IMG/VR virus record: IMGVR_UViG_3300008113_000089
Location: 1 to 54,625 of that record
Source: a virus
Taxonomy: Duplodnaviria > Caudoviricetes
DNA length: 54,625 nucleotides
Direction: 5' to 3' (one strand)
A model generated the notes under the pieces. That model worked only from the letters and a program-made list of their open reading frames with translations, was not told the origin of the DNA and made no database searches. The translations under genes were made by a program, and so were the position numbers. Of the stretch, positions 46,930 through 54,625 are shown piece by piece (positions within the stretch are counted from its first letter, which is position 1; every line of letters begins with the position of its first letter).

Positions 46930-47258
46930 GTAGGTAAGTCACCAAACGTAACCCACTGGTCTTCCGGCTGACGCAAAGGTGCATCAATCTTCAGTGTCAT
47001 GCCGGGAGACATCATCACATCATCGACCTCAAGCCAATCTGGTAAGAGGTCGTAATTGATTTGTACCAACCCAAGCTTGACAGCCGCCCTGATCGGTGTT
47101 GGTACGTTTAGTATCTTGTAGACGTGCCACAACTCCTGTTGTAGCGTCTCCCTAGATATCCCCAACTTACGTGCCGCAGTATCTCTATCCTTGTTTAGGA
47201 TGGTCGTGATGACCACTGCTCGTAACCAAGGACTCATCTTCTTCTTCACTGTTTTCAT
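46926..47258 (-). CDS. LuxR-like HTH regulator (divergent)
   Basis: AARKLGISRETLQQELWHVYKILNV...AAVKLGLV. Confidence 0.65.
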   Translation of the reverse strand: MKTVKKKMSPWLRAVVITTILNKDRDTAARKLGISRETLQQELWHVYKILNVPTPIRAAVKLGLVQINYDLLPDWLEVDDVMMSPGMTLKIDAPLRQPEDQWVTFGDLPT

Positions 47259-48557
47259 AGCAGACTAAATTCCATATCTTTAAACCGTCCAGTACTAGGT
47301 GTGTACTCAAGGACAACGCTACCCACGGGGCCATTGCGATTCTTTGAAACTATGACCTCGCATTCATCGGTCTCTATGGACTCTCTCATACCTGCGGTGG
47401 CATAGTACGATGCACGATACAAGAACATGATGACATCTGCATCTGATTCGATGTCTCCAGACTCACGTAGGTCAGCCATCATCGGGCGTTTGTCATCTCG
47501 TTTGTCAGCAGCTCGGTTTAGGCTGGACAGTGCTACTGGCAAGTGCCTTCAGTCCTCGAGATACAGCACCAATCTCTTGTGTCCTGTTCTGACCTGCCGT
47601 TGCAACCATTTGCAGGTAATCAACCACTATGAGGTCAATCTTAGTGTTAGATTGCAACTTGATTGCCTTCCCACGGATGTCAGACATCGACATTGGATTG
47701 GCGGCAGCCAGATACAGATTGCTATCAAACAAATCGGCACGTGTTTTCTTCAGTGCCATCTTCTCTTCCAAGGTAAGCACACTGTTTGATATCGATTTAA
47801 GACTGATGCCTGTTTCGTGTGCAAGCAAGCGTTGACTGGTCATCTTCTCGGACATCTCAATGCTTGCGAACAGCACACACTTCTTTGCTTTGACCGCAGC
47901 CAGAGACAATGACAATGCAAACGCAGACTTACCCATCGATGGACGTGCACCAACAATGATGAGCTCACCCTTGCGCCATCCACCAACCATGTCATCCAAC
48001 TCTTGCCATCCAGAGGGCACACCAGACATCTTGAAGGTTGATGTACGACTCTCGATGTCATCTATGGCTTGCTTGATGCCATCGTCTACATGGTTGTATT
48101 CAACGCTGTTCTGCAACCCGGCAAGTGATTGACTTCCGAGCATGATGTCATTGGTGATTGATACTGGGTCAGCGTTGTCTTCTTGTATCTTATTGATCGC
48201 ATTGCTACATATCTCAATGACACGCCGCCGGTCGTACTCGTATCGCACAGTGTTGGCATAGGACATTGCATGGCTTGTCGTTGGGAGTAACTCACCCATC
48301 TGCATGATGTAACCCAAGCCACCAACACGCTCAAGGATTCCTTGGCGTTCGAGCTCATCCTTTGTGGTAACGATATCAATGTCCAACCCGACCTCACTCA
48401 CACGCATCATCGCATCGTAGATGAGACCGTTGGCTTCACGATAGAAACTACGTCCGTTCGGTACTGATACTTCTACTTTGCGTAGAACCTTCTCGCCGCC
48501 AAGAAGCACAGATGCAATGAGGGACATCTCGCTTTCAATTGAATAAGGTATCTTCAT
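47255..48557 (-). pseudogene. dnaB: replicative DnaB-family helicase, split by a frameshift near 47540
   Basis: GARPSMGKS, SIEMS, IVVDYLQ and SRGLKALA in frame 1; VALSSLNR, DLRESGDIESDADVIMFLYR and KNRNGP in frame 2. Confidence 0.85.
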
Positions 48558-48783
48558 AAAATCCTATCTCATCCCCATCATCTGGGTTACGTGCGAACCA
48601 CAGCCCGTGCTGTGCCGCAACGATGTCTAAGTGAAACTCTATCAATATCAGTGCGTCAGTATGTGACAACTCGGCTCGACCTAACAGGCGTACGAACTTT
48701 CGTCTCATTGACCGACTTATGTACTTTGCTACTAGAGGTAACAAGGCAACGACCAATTCTTCATCAGTCGCTGCCCCACGCAC
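48535..48783 (-). CDS. hypothetical protein
   Basis: Fills the gap between loader and helicase; start uncertain (GTG 48783, or earlier ATG 48825). Confidence 0.45.
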   Translation of the reverse strand: MRGAATDEELVVALLPLVAKYISRSMRRKFVRLLGRAELSHTDALILIEFHLDIVAAQHGLWFARNPDDGDEIGFYEDTLFN

Positions 48784-48793
48784 TAAGCACCCG

Positions 48794-49336
48794 CTAACTG
48801 GTGATTGCTTGAGCCTCTGTTGCATTAAATATTTTACGAGAACTCTCTACCATTTGGTTATGCGGTGGATTGCGTAGCACCTCGTCGGTGATGTCACTGC
48901 ATAGAATCATCGGGAATACCTCTTCAATTAGTTTGATATTCTGTTCCTCTGAACGTCCTCCGCAGTTACTCCACCCTCCGATTGCTTCAACGAGTTTGTT
49001 GACTGCTGGATGTAACTTACCTTCTTTGACTGCCTTATTAGCATAGTCGGTACGAACACCAGGATGTACCCGCCGGATAATCTCACTGATCGTTGAATAG
49101 ATTTGCCTTGGGGACAAGTCTGGAATGAGATGGGACAGCACGAGTTTACGTAGCTCGGCTGGACTTGGTCTCCACTCACACATCTGTAGTGCCTTGGTGA
49201 TAGCCAACACAACTGTGTCATCGTGCCAATCAGTCATCACCAGAGCGTAGGTTACAGCCACACGCTCGTCCCAAGGTTGATTACTTGGCATCACTGCGAG
49301 GATGTTACTCGCATATTGGAATGTCTTCTCTGTCAT
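48794..49336 (-). CDS. helicase loader/inhibitor (SPP1 G39P-like N-terminus)
   Basis: TYALVMTDW...AITKAL..CEWRPSPAELRK and VEAIGGW; lies between initiator and DnaB. Confidence 0.7.
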   Translation of the reverse strand: MTEKTFQYASNILAVMPSNQPWDERVAVTYALVMTDWHDDTVVLAITKALQMCEWRPSPAELRKLVLSHLIPDLSPRQIYSTISEIIRRVHPGVRTDYANKAVKEGKLHPAVNKLVEAIGGWSNCGGRSEEQNIKLIEEVFPMILCSDITDEVLRNPPHNQMVESSRKIFNATEAQAITS

Positions 49337-49358
49337 ACTCTAACTCCCTGCACGTATT

Positions 49359-50183
49359 CTAATCGCGCCCTTGAACAAAGCGCAATGCATTCGACGCTGA
49401 ATTGGAAATATCATTTGCCTTCCGCATCGCACTAGGCAATGTTGTCTGAGCTCGTTCTGCCGATGACCAATGCTTCCAGAGTGCCCGGAGAGTAACCATT
49501 GACTCACTCTTCCATTGACCCATCAGATTGTAGGTGCGTTGGTAAACCTCATCAGCCGTCACACCCGACCGAACCATCTCACGTAGGACAAGGTGAACAC
49601 CCTGCCATTCACCAACACTGTAGTCATCCTGCCATCCCCGTGCCCGTCGAAACATCACAAACAACTGATGTGCTGGGTCATCGGTCTTTGGCAGTTGAAC
49701 ATCCCTCTTCTTCCTTTGGGGGACTATAGGGGGAATTAGTTCTTTATGAGTCTTGTTCAATGTAATGGGGGGTATAAAATCTGTCCCCTCCTCGGATATA
49801 AAATTTGTCCCCTCCCCCTGTGATTCAAACTCTGCAACTTGCTCACCTGTTGGCATCACAACGTAGAGGTTACTTGTCTGCCGCCCAGATGCCGTCCGTC
49901 TTTCACAGACTGCAAGTACCCTCTGGTTGCCCACAGTGACCGTACAGAGCCGTTTGATGGCGGTCTTGACAGTTTGCTCACTAAGCCCTGTCTGCGTGGC
50001 TATTTTCGCCAAACTTGGCCAGCACACATTCGTTTGCCCGATGTGCATAGTTAGGCACGTCAAAACCATCCAGTCCGAAGGCTGGAAAAGGTGGAGATTC
50101 TCCACCAGTTCCGTTTCAATCCGAATGAATGTGACGTTCTCAACACGTTGTCCGTAAGAGCGTCCCGTGAACACACCAATCAT
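49359..50183 (-). CDS. replication initiator with N-terminal HTH (lambda O-like)
   Basis: CWPSLAKIATQTGLSEQTVKTAIKRL, SNLY, internal iterons; ATGA-coupled start at 50183. Confidence 0.8.
   Translation of the reverse strand: MIGVFTGRSYGQRVENVTFIRIETELVENLHLFQPSDWMVLTCLTMHIGQTNVCWPSLAKIATQTGLSEQTVKTAIKRLCTVTVGNQRVLAVCERRTASGRQTSNLYVVMPTGEQVAEFESQGEGTNFISEEGTDFIPPITLNKTHKELIPPIVPQRKKRDVQLPKTDDPAHQLFVMFRRARGWQDDYSVGEWQGVHLVLREMVRSGVTADEVYQRTYNLMGQWKSESMVTLRALWKHWSSAERAQTTLPSAMRKANDISNSASNALRFVQGRD
49773..49815. repeat. iteron-like 19-bp direct repeats (candidate replication origin)
   Basis: tataaaatctgtcccctcc (49773-49791) and tataaaatttgtcccctcc (49797-49815), 18/19 identical, inside the initiator gene. 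Confidence 0.7.
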
Positions 50184-50731
50184 CTGTATGGGCATCCTTC
50201 GCACAGAGATGTCTCTCCGTTGCATTCTTTATGGTTCTTCAGTATCCGTTCAGCGTCACGTGGTGTCATGCCATCCGGAACTTTCACGAGCTCCTGCACT
50301 CGAGGTGTGACAGGTTCTCCACGTATCGCACCAGTCAAGTCATCGATGGTCATGTCGGCAGCCTTAGCGGATTCCAGCCATGACTTCTGCTCTCCTGTGT
50401 TGAGACGTGCGACCACACGGTGGTGTGTCCAAGACAATCCCGGCATCCGGTTCTCGTGCGGCACTGATCGTGCCACCCAAGCGTAGTTTGCTAACGCCTG
50501 ATAAGAATGCCCAGTGCTTTCCATTGCTTGGCTGTACTTCTCACCGTAGGCGGATGACCCGTAGTTGAGAGCATCACCCAAGGCAAATTGAAATGCCGTC
50601 TCCATGCGTGACAGAGTGGACATCAGTCGTGCCCAATCATCAAAAGAAATATCCGACATGAACTCAATTCCCACATCGGATATTCGGACTGTGTCAGGCA
50701 TGCTTGCGATCCTGACTACTTCATTACTCAT
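50180..50731 (-). CDS. LmbU-family-like DNA-binding protein
   Basis: FALGDALNYG...YGEKYSQA...TGHSYQALANYAWVAR...LSWTHHRVVA...QKSWL. Confidence 0.75.
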   Translation of the reverse strand: MSNEVVRIASMPDTVRISDVGIEFMSDISFDDWARLMSTLSRMETAFQFALGDALNYGSSAYGEKYSQAMESTGHSYQALANYAWVARSVPHENRMPGLSWTHHRVVARLNTGEQKSWLESAKAADMTIDDLTGAIRGEPVTPRVQELVKVPDGMTPRDAERILKNHKECNGETSLCEGCPYR

Positions 50732-50857
50732 CCCACTTGTTATCCTTGGTTTGTATCCACTTCTCAATTGACATTGCTATGTATGCAAACACCGCCACCG
50801 GAATGATGAATATCACTCCGATGACGGATGCAACGATTACTCCTGATGTGAAAGCAC

Positions 50858-51457
50858 TCATTCGTCTGCACCAACAGTCTTGATGACATACTTTGTCTCT
50901 TCAGGAGTGACATCAAAACCTTGGTAGACGGCAAGTGATGGGTTGTCAATCATCTCTTGCTTAAAGTCTTCAGGTATCAGGCTAACCAATACAGATGTCT
51001 TGACTTTGATTGACTCAGGACAATGTGTATGTGCCCAGATAGCCGCAGCCTCTTCATGTGCAACGCTGACCTTTGCCTTGCTTTGTCGGATGGCAATGTC
51101 ACCCCATGGTGTAGTCAAAGTCTTGACTCTAAGTGACCCATCAGCCTTGCGTGGAAGAGCACCTTCAGCGTATCGACCGAGTTGGTTTTGATACGTCTGC
51201 AGCAACCATGCCTCACGATTCTGCAACCGCTTGAGCTCACGCTCTTGTTGCTTCACGAGGAGGTTGTACTTTGCCTGTACACCAACCTGCTTAGACTTGA
51301 CATCGGCAAGTGCCCGGAGTACAGCCAGTGCTTCTTCTTCGTTGGTTACTTCAGGTGCAAGCCACCGAGACTTAGGCCCAGCGTACTCACCTGTGTCAGG
51401 GTGGTACAGATGCACCACCCCATCCTCTTCAATCTCTACCCATTCGATTGGTTCCAT
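50858..51457 (-). CDS. Gam-like host-nuclease inhibitor
   Basis: Coiled coil followed by KTLTTPWGDIAIRQ; adjacent to the SSAP gene. Confidence 0.65.
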   Translation of the reverse strand: MEPIEWVEIEEDGVVHLYHPDTGEYAGPKSRWLAPEVTNEEEALAVLRALADVKSKQVGVQAKYNLLVKQQERELKRLQNREAWLLQTYQNQLGRYAEGALPRKADGSLRVKTLTTPWGDIAIRQSKAKVSVAHEEAAAIWAHTHCPESIKVKTSVLVSLIPEDFKQEMIDNPSLAVYQGFDVTPEETKYVIKTVGADE

Positions 51458-52101
51458 TAGACTACCTTCACAATCCGACCTTCGACTAGCCCGTTAATGA
51501 GCTCGTTTGCTTCGTCGAAGTTTGCACAATCACTCAGTGTTTTGGCAGCGTCATACACTGCATCCACTTCGTAGTCATCACGCCCAGATAGCATCTGATA
51601 GATACGGGCATTGTCCTCTTTGTCCATCTCACCCCACAGCCGCACAATCTCAGCCTTCAGGAGAGCACCACCCTCACGCATCGTCCGTTTGGTGACGGTA
51701 GGTGTTGCTGTTACCTGTACCTTTGGCTTTGTTGTGATAGGTGAGTCAACGATGCGTGGATTCTCTGCACCTTGGACTACCTCATCAAATTCTGGGGCAA
51801 ACTGCGTTCCGTAACCCAAGATACCAAGTGCCCTGCCGATAGCACCAGTCTCTGCCTTCTCAAGGAAGTCGGCAAAGCCACGAGCATCTTCCATCTTGGT
51901 TCCTTCAGCCTTGACTACACCATGCTGATCGGCAATCTGTGCCTTGCAGATGGCATACTTGGCATCGATGTCGAACTTGATAATCGATGTTGTGATTGCC
52001 CAGTCTGGATTCTCTTCCCTAAACCAGACAAGGCGATACTTGACCTCAAGGTAAGACTTCCCCTTCAAGGAAATCAGGTGGTCGTTAGGATTAAAACTCA
52101 T
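51457..52101 (-). CDS. single-strand annealing recombinase (Rad52/Sak-like)
   Basis: LKGKSYLEVKYRL.WFR and EKAETGAIGRALGILGYG. Confidence 0.7.
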   Translation of the reverse strand: MSFNPNDHLISLKGKSYLEVKYRLVWFREENPDWAITTSIIKFDIDAKYAICKAQIADQHGVVKAEGTKMEDARGFADFLEKAETGAIGRALGILGYGTQFAPEFDEVVQGAENPRIVDSPITTKPKVQVTATPTVTKRTMREGGALLKAEIVRLWGEMDKEDNARIYQMLSGRDDYEVDAVYDAAKTLSDCANFDEANELINGLVEGRIVKVV

Positions 52102-52337
52102 CTCACTACTCCCTTCACAAACCCAATCAAACCAACAGGCTTAGGCTTAGGCAGCCTGTCATTAATCTTTGCCAAAGTCTCACTCGCATTGCGCAGCTGA
52201 CGTGTTACATCCTCAATGTCTTTGCGTGTGTCGTGGTCAATGCAATCCAACTCCATCGACAGAGCATAGGCAACAGTGCCAATGCTCCGTGTGTTCACCA
52301 GCAATGTGCTGATGCAGTCCCTAGTTTCCGTTTTCAT
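52098..52337 (-). CDS. hypothetical protein
   Basis: Coupled ORF in the minus-strand operon. Confidence 0.55.
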   Translation of the reverse strand: MKTETRDCISTLLVNTRSIGTVAYALSMELDCIDHDTRKDIEDVTRQLRNASETLAKINDRLPKPKPVGLIGFVKGVVR

Positions 52338-53025
52338 TATTCATCCTCTCTATGATTGACTCTTCTGGGTCTTTACCAGCAACCCTCTCAAGGAAACTTG
52401 TATTGGCATACAGTGCTGTCCGAAGATTACATCGTGTCATAAGCAACTGGCAAAGTTCGAAGTCGATGCTCCACTCGAACAGTGGCTTGAGAATCCACTG
52501 CACATCACCATCTGTGTCAAAGCCATTCTCTTGTGCAATGAACAGCACCTGTGCGCTGTCACTGCCAAGCACTACAGCACCATCAACAGTGACAAGGGAG
52601 CCATTCAGGTTCATGCCAACAGCCATCGTGTATGGGTCGGACACAACATCGCCGTGCCCAGGTGACCATGTCAAGCTCTGAGCAAACCAACCCTGCCCAC
52701 CCATCAAGCATCGGAAGCGTTCCTTGTAGAAGACGCCACGCCATTCCATTCCAAGTGCAGCCCATGATACTTGGCGTGGTACAGATTTATCAATCAAATC
52801 CTCTGCGTCAATGTCTGCCTGTGCTTCTGCTTCAGTCTCGTAGAGTTTAATGAAGTCGATGCCTACATCAGTGCCTTCAGCCTTGCTACCGTAGCACAGC
52901 ACACCTTGAGTGCTACCATCAGTGATGCTTGCATCCTGAATGCACCAAACTGGTGCGGTGCTTGTCTTGTCTACTACAAACATCCAATCCTCTTTACGGA
53001 TTGGAAACATCTTTACTGTTCGCAT
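52321..53025 (-). CDS. hypothetical protein
   Basis: 234-aa ORF in the operon; no motif recognised. Confidence 0.6.
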   Translation of the reverse strand: MRTVKMFPIRKEDWMFVVDKTSTAPVWCIQDASITDGSTQGVLCYGSKAEGTDVGIDFIKLYETEAEAQADIDAEDLIDKSVPRQVSWAALGMEWRGVFYKERFRCLMGGQGWFAQSLTWSPGHGDVVSDPYTMAVGMNLNGSLVTVDGAVVLGSDSAQVLFIAQENGFDTDGDVQWILKPLFEWSIDFELCQLLMTRCNLRTALYANTSFLERVAGKDPEESIIERMNNENGN

Positions 53026-53401
53026 TTAAAAACCTTTCAACTCTGGAGACTTGCGTCTCTTCACCTATCTTCTTCTCTGCGTCAATGATGATATTCAGAA
53101 CACATTCCACTGATCTGCATATGGTAGTCATGCTCTGGTCAGCGAGGTGCTTTTGTTCAGTGCGTACTTTGCCAGTCTCTGTCTTCAATTCAATGGCAAT
53201 TCCGCAGGGTATCTTCCACCAAGGTGCATGGATGTATAAGTCTGGGACACCAACTGTGTTACCCTGCCATCCGGTTGCATAACTGTAAGACCCGCAGCGG
53301 GTGCATCTCTGCTTGCCCCGACTCTTGCCGACTTCTAAGACTGTGTAACCAAGTAACGCCAATGTAGAACGCACGATGTTCTGTAACTGTGCTTCTGTCA
53401 T
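52994..53401 (-). CDS. VRR-NUC family nuclease (putative resolvase)
   Basis: TEAQLQ, GVPDL and IELKTETGKVRTEQ; CTRC insertion. Confidence 0.8.
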   Translation of the reverse strand: MTEAQLQNIVRSTLALLGYTVLEVGKSRGKQRCTRCGSYSYATGWQGNTVGVPDLYIHAPWWKIPCGIAIELKTETGKVRTEQKHLADQSMTTICRSVECVLNIIIDAEKKIGEETQVSRVERFLNANSKDVSNP

Positions 53402-53444
53402 GGTATTATCTCTCTGTCTCGATGTTTAATACTCCTCTCAGACA

Positions 53445-53480
53445 GACCAGCATCTAACTCCCAAGGTGCTGGTCGTTTTT
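53445..53480 (+). terminator. hairpin with + strand T tract
   Basis: GACCAGCATCT-aactccca-AGGTGCTGGTC-GTTTTT. Confidence 0.55.
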
Positions 53481-53500
53481 CTTCTCACGGTAGAAATGTA

Positions 53501-54034
53501 TCACCCGTAGGTATCGCTGTCAAGCATCTTAACGTTATGTCCCCAATGCCAGAGATATCGTGCGATTTCCCGTGTTACTGAGTACTTGTGTGCGTTCACG
53601 TATCCTGCCAGTTTCATTGCGATGAAGAGTGACCGTGGTTCCGGAGCTCTCACAATCAATTCACGCAGGTTCCCATCCTTGTACACAACGTCAATCCATG
53701 CAGCGTATGAGAGTTTCGGGTGGGTTGTTACATCCCACGCATCAAACTCAGGCTGTATGGGTTGCTTCAACCACTTACGCCATACGATCTGCCCGTTGCG
53801 GAACTTCCATTCCATCCGCCGTACACCGTTGTGTGTGCCATTCAAGAATGCACACCATTTGTCACGACCACCTGGAGCTTTGGGGCAGTCATACCCGTCG
53901 ATTGTTACAGCACCTGTGGCTTTGCTTCGACGCATCATGTTCACGTATTCCGCTGCCAGCAGCCGGGCTTGAGCAATCGTGGGTGACCACTCATGCTTGC
54001 CCGGTCGGCTGACTTTGTATATCCCTGTTACCAC
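53501..54034 (-). CDS. hypothetical protein
   Basis: 177-aa ORF, co-oriented and coupled. Confidence 0.55.
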   Translation of the reverse strand: MVTGIYKVSRPGKHEWSPTIAQARLLAAEYVNMMRRSKATGAVTIDGYDCPKAPGGRDKWCAFLNGTHNGVRRMEWKFRNGQIVWRKWLKQPIQPEFDAWDVTTHPKLSYAAWIDVVYKDGNLRELIVRAPEPRSLFIAMKLAGYVNAHKYSVTREIARYLWHWGHNVKMLDSDTYG

Positions 54035-54462
54035 TTTGGTTTAGAGATGCCCTTGATGCGGTCACGGCAGAAGCCACAGCGCCAAGGTGGTGTCCATGTG
54101 GAGCGGAGAAACTCATCGAGAACCATCCACAGCGGAGCCTTCTCCATGTTGTCCCAGTCGCGTGTCCTATCGCCGTTGTTGTTACGGCTGATGATAATCT
54201 CATCGCCTTGTTCATTGCGTGTGACGTAGGTGCTGTCATTCACGCTGATCGTATGTGGCAATGCTTCCTCGTTAATGATGAAACTGCACAGGTCAAGACG
54301 CCAAGATGGCCACTGAACGGTTGCCATAGGTTTACCCTGCCATACGCTTACCTTGATTTCAAACTGAGCGTATCCGCCCTCGAGGTCAATATCGCCCTCT
54401 TCACCCAGCCGCTTAACTACGTGGTTTGCAATTCGTTGCAGCTCAAAGATATCTGTACTCAT
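54028..54462 (-). CDS. hypothetical protein
   Basis: 144-aa ORF with a C-terminal CGFC. Confidence 0.55.
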   Translation of the reverse strand: MSTDIFELQRIANHVVKRLGEEGDIDLEGGYAQFEIKVSVWQGKPMATVQWPSWRLDLCSFIINEEALPHTISVNDSTYVTRNEQGDEIIISRNNNGDRTRDWDNMEKAPLWMVLDEFLRSTWTPPWRCGFCRDRIKGISKPKW

Positions 54463-54493
54463 GTTCTAATTTTCCCTAAATGCCCGAAGGCGT

Positions 54494-54523
54494 ACCTGCG
54501 TGGGTTGTGTGCGCCACGCAGGT
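54494..54523. promoter_or_regulatory. perfect 10-bp inverted repeat in an intergenic region
   Basis: ACCTGCGTGG-10 nt-CCACGCAGGT. Confidence 0.6.
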
Positions 54524-54535
54524 CGTGTTGCCTAT

Positions 54536-54625
54536 TTACCCAAAGAACCTTGGCAGGTCGTCCACGATGATGCTGTGAATCTTTGTGAGTGACCACTCAC
54601 GCTCTTTGGCATCGTATGCGGTGTT
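54536..54625 (-). CDS. C-terminal fragment of a gene running in from beyond the window
   Basis: Open frame NTAYDAKEREWSLTKIHSIIVDDLPRFFG* ending at 54536. Confidence 0.4.
   Translation of the reverse strand, partial: NTAYDAKEREWSLTKIHSIIVDDLPRFFG

Noticed and set aside
50799-50820. Hairpin downstream of the Gam-like gene as a terminator
   Set aside because: A stem is present but there is no adjacent U tract, so the function cannot be supported.
1-54625. Window as a complete circular genome
   Set aside because: The partial ORFs at the two ends do not join in frame and no terminal repeat is visible.
1-54625. Prophage, DGR, retron, intron or intein
   Set aside because: No integrase, reverse transcriptase, TR/VR pair, homing endonuclease or intein motifs were recognised by eye.

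Overview
The window is a large part of a tailed dsDNA phage genome with podovirus-like (P22/T7-style short tail plus ejection protein) organisation. No integrase, DNA polymerase or CRISPR array is visible. From left to right: a short minus-strand block and a structured intergenic region (1-1017); an accessory/nucleotide-metabolism block (three tandem Tad2/DUF2829-like genes, an atypical tRNA, SNase-like nuclease, dUTPase, ThyX, SSB); a minus-strand C5 methyltransferase with a nested out-of-frame gene and a LuxR-type HTH; small basic proteins; terminase, portal, scaffold and capsid genes; adaptors, holin-like genes, a duplicated three-gene tail/appendage cassette, fibre and nozzle genes; internal virion proteins; a 4431-aa polyvalent protein; a CHAP endolysin; and a minus-strand lambda-like replication/recombination block (frameshifted DnaB, loader, initiator with iterons, LmbU-like, Gam-like, SSAP, VRR-NUC). 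The most striking observation is that the 4431-aa protein is a string of discrete modules (GTxWC/PcfJ-like, HExxH zincin protease, degenerate ART-like, C5 DNA methyltransferase, N4BP2-like kinase, four MerR-like HTHs) separated by a recurring A-[YF]-Q-E linker. This suggests a virion-delivered, self-processing polyprotein with swappable cassettes. All family calls come from motif recognition by eye, not database searches.
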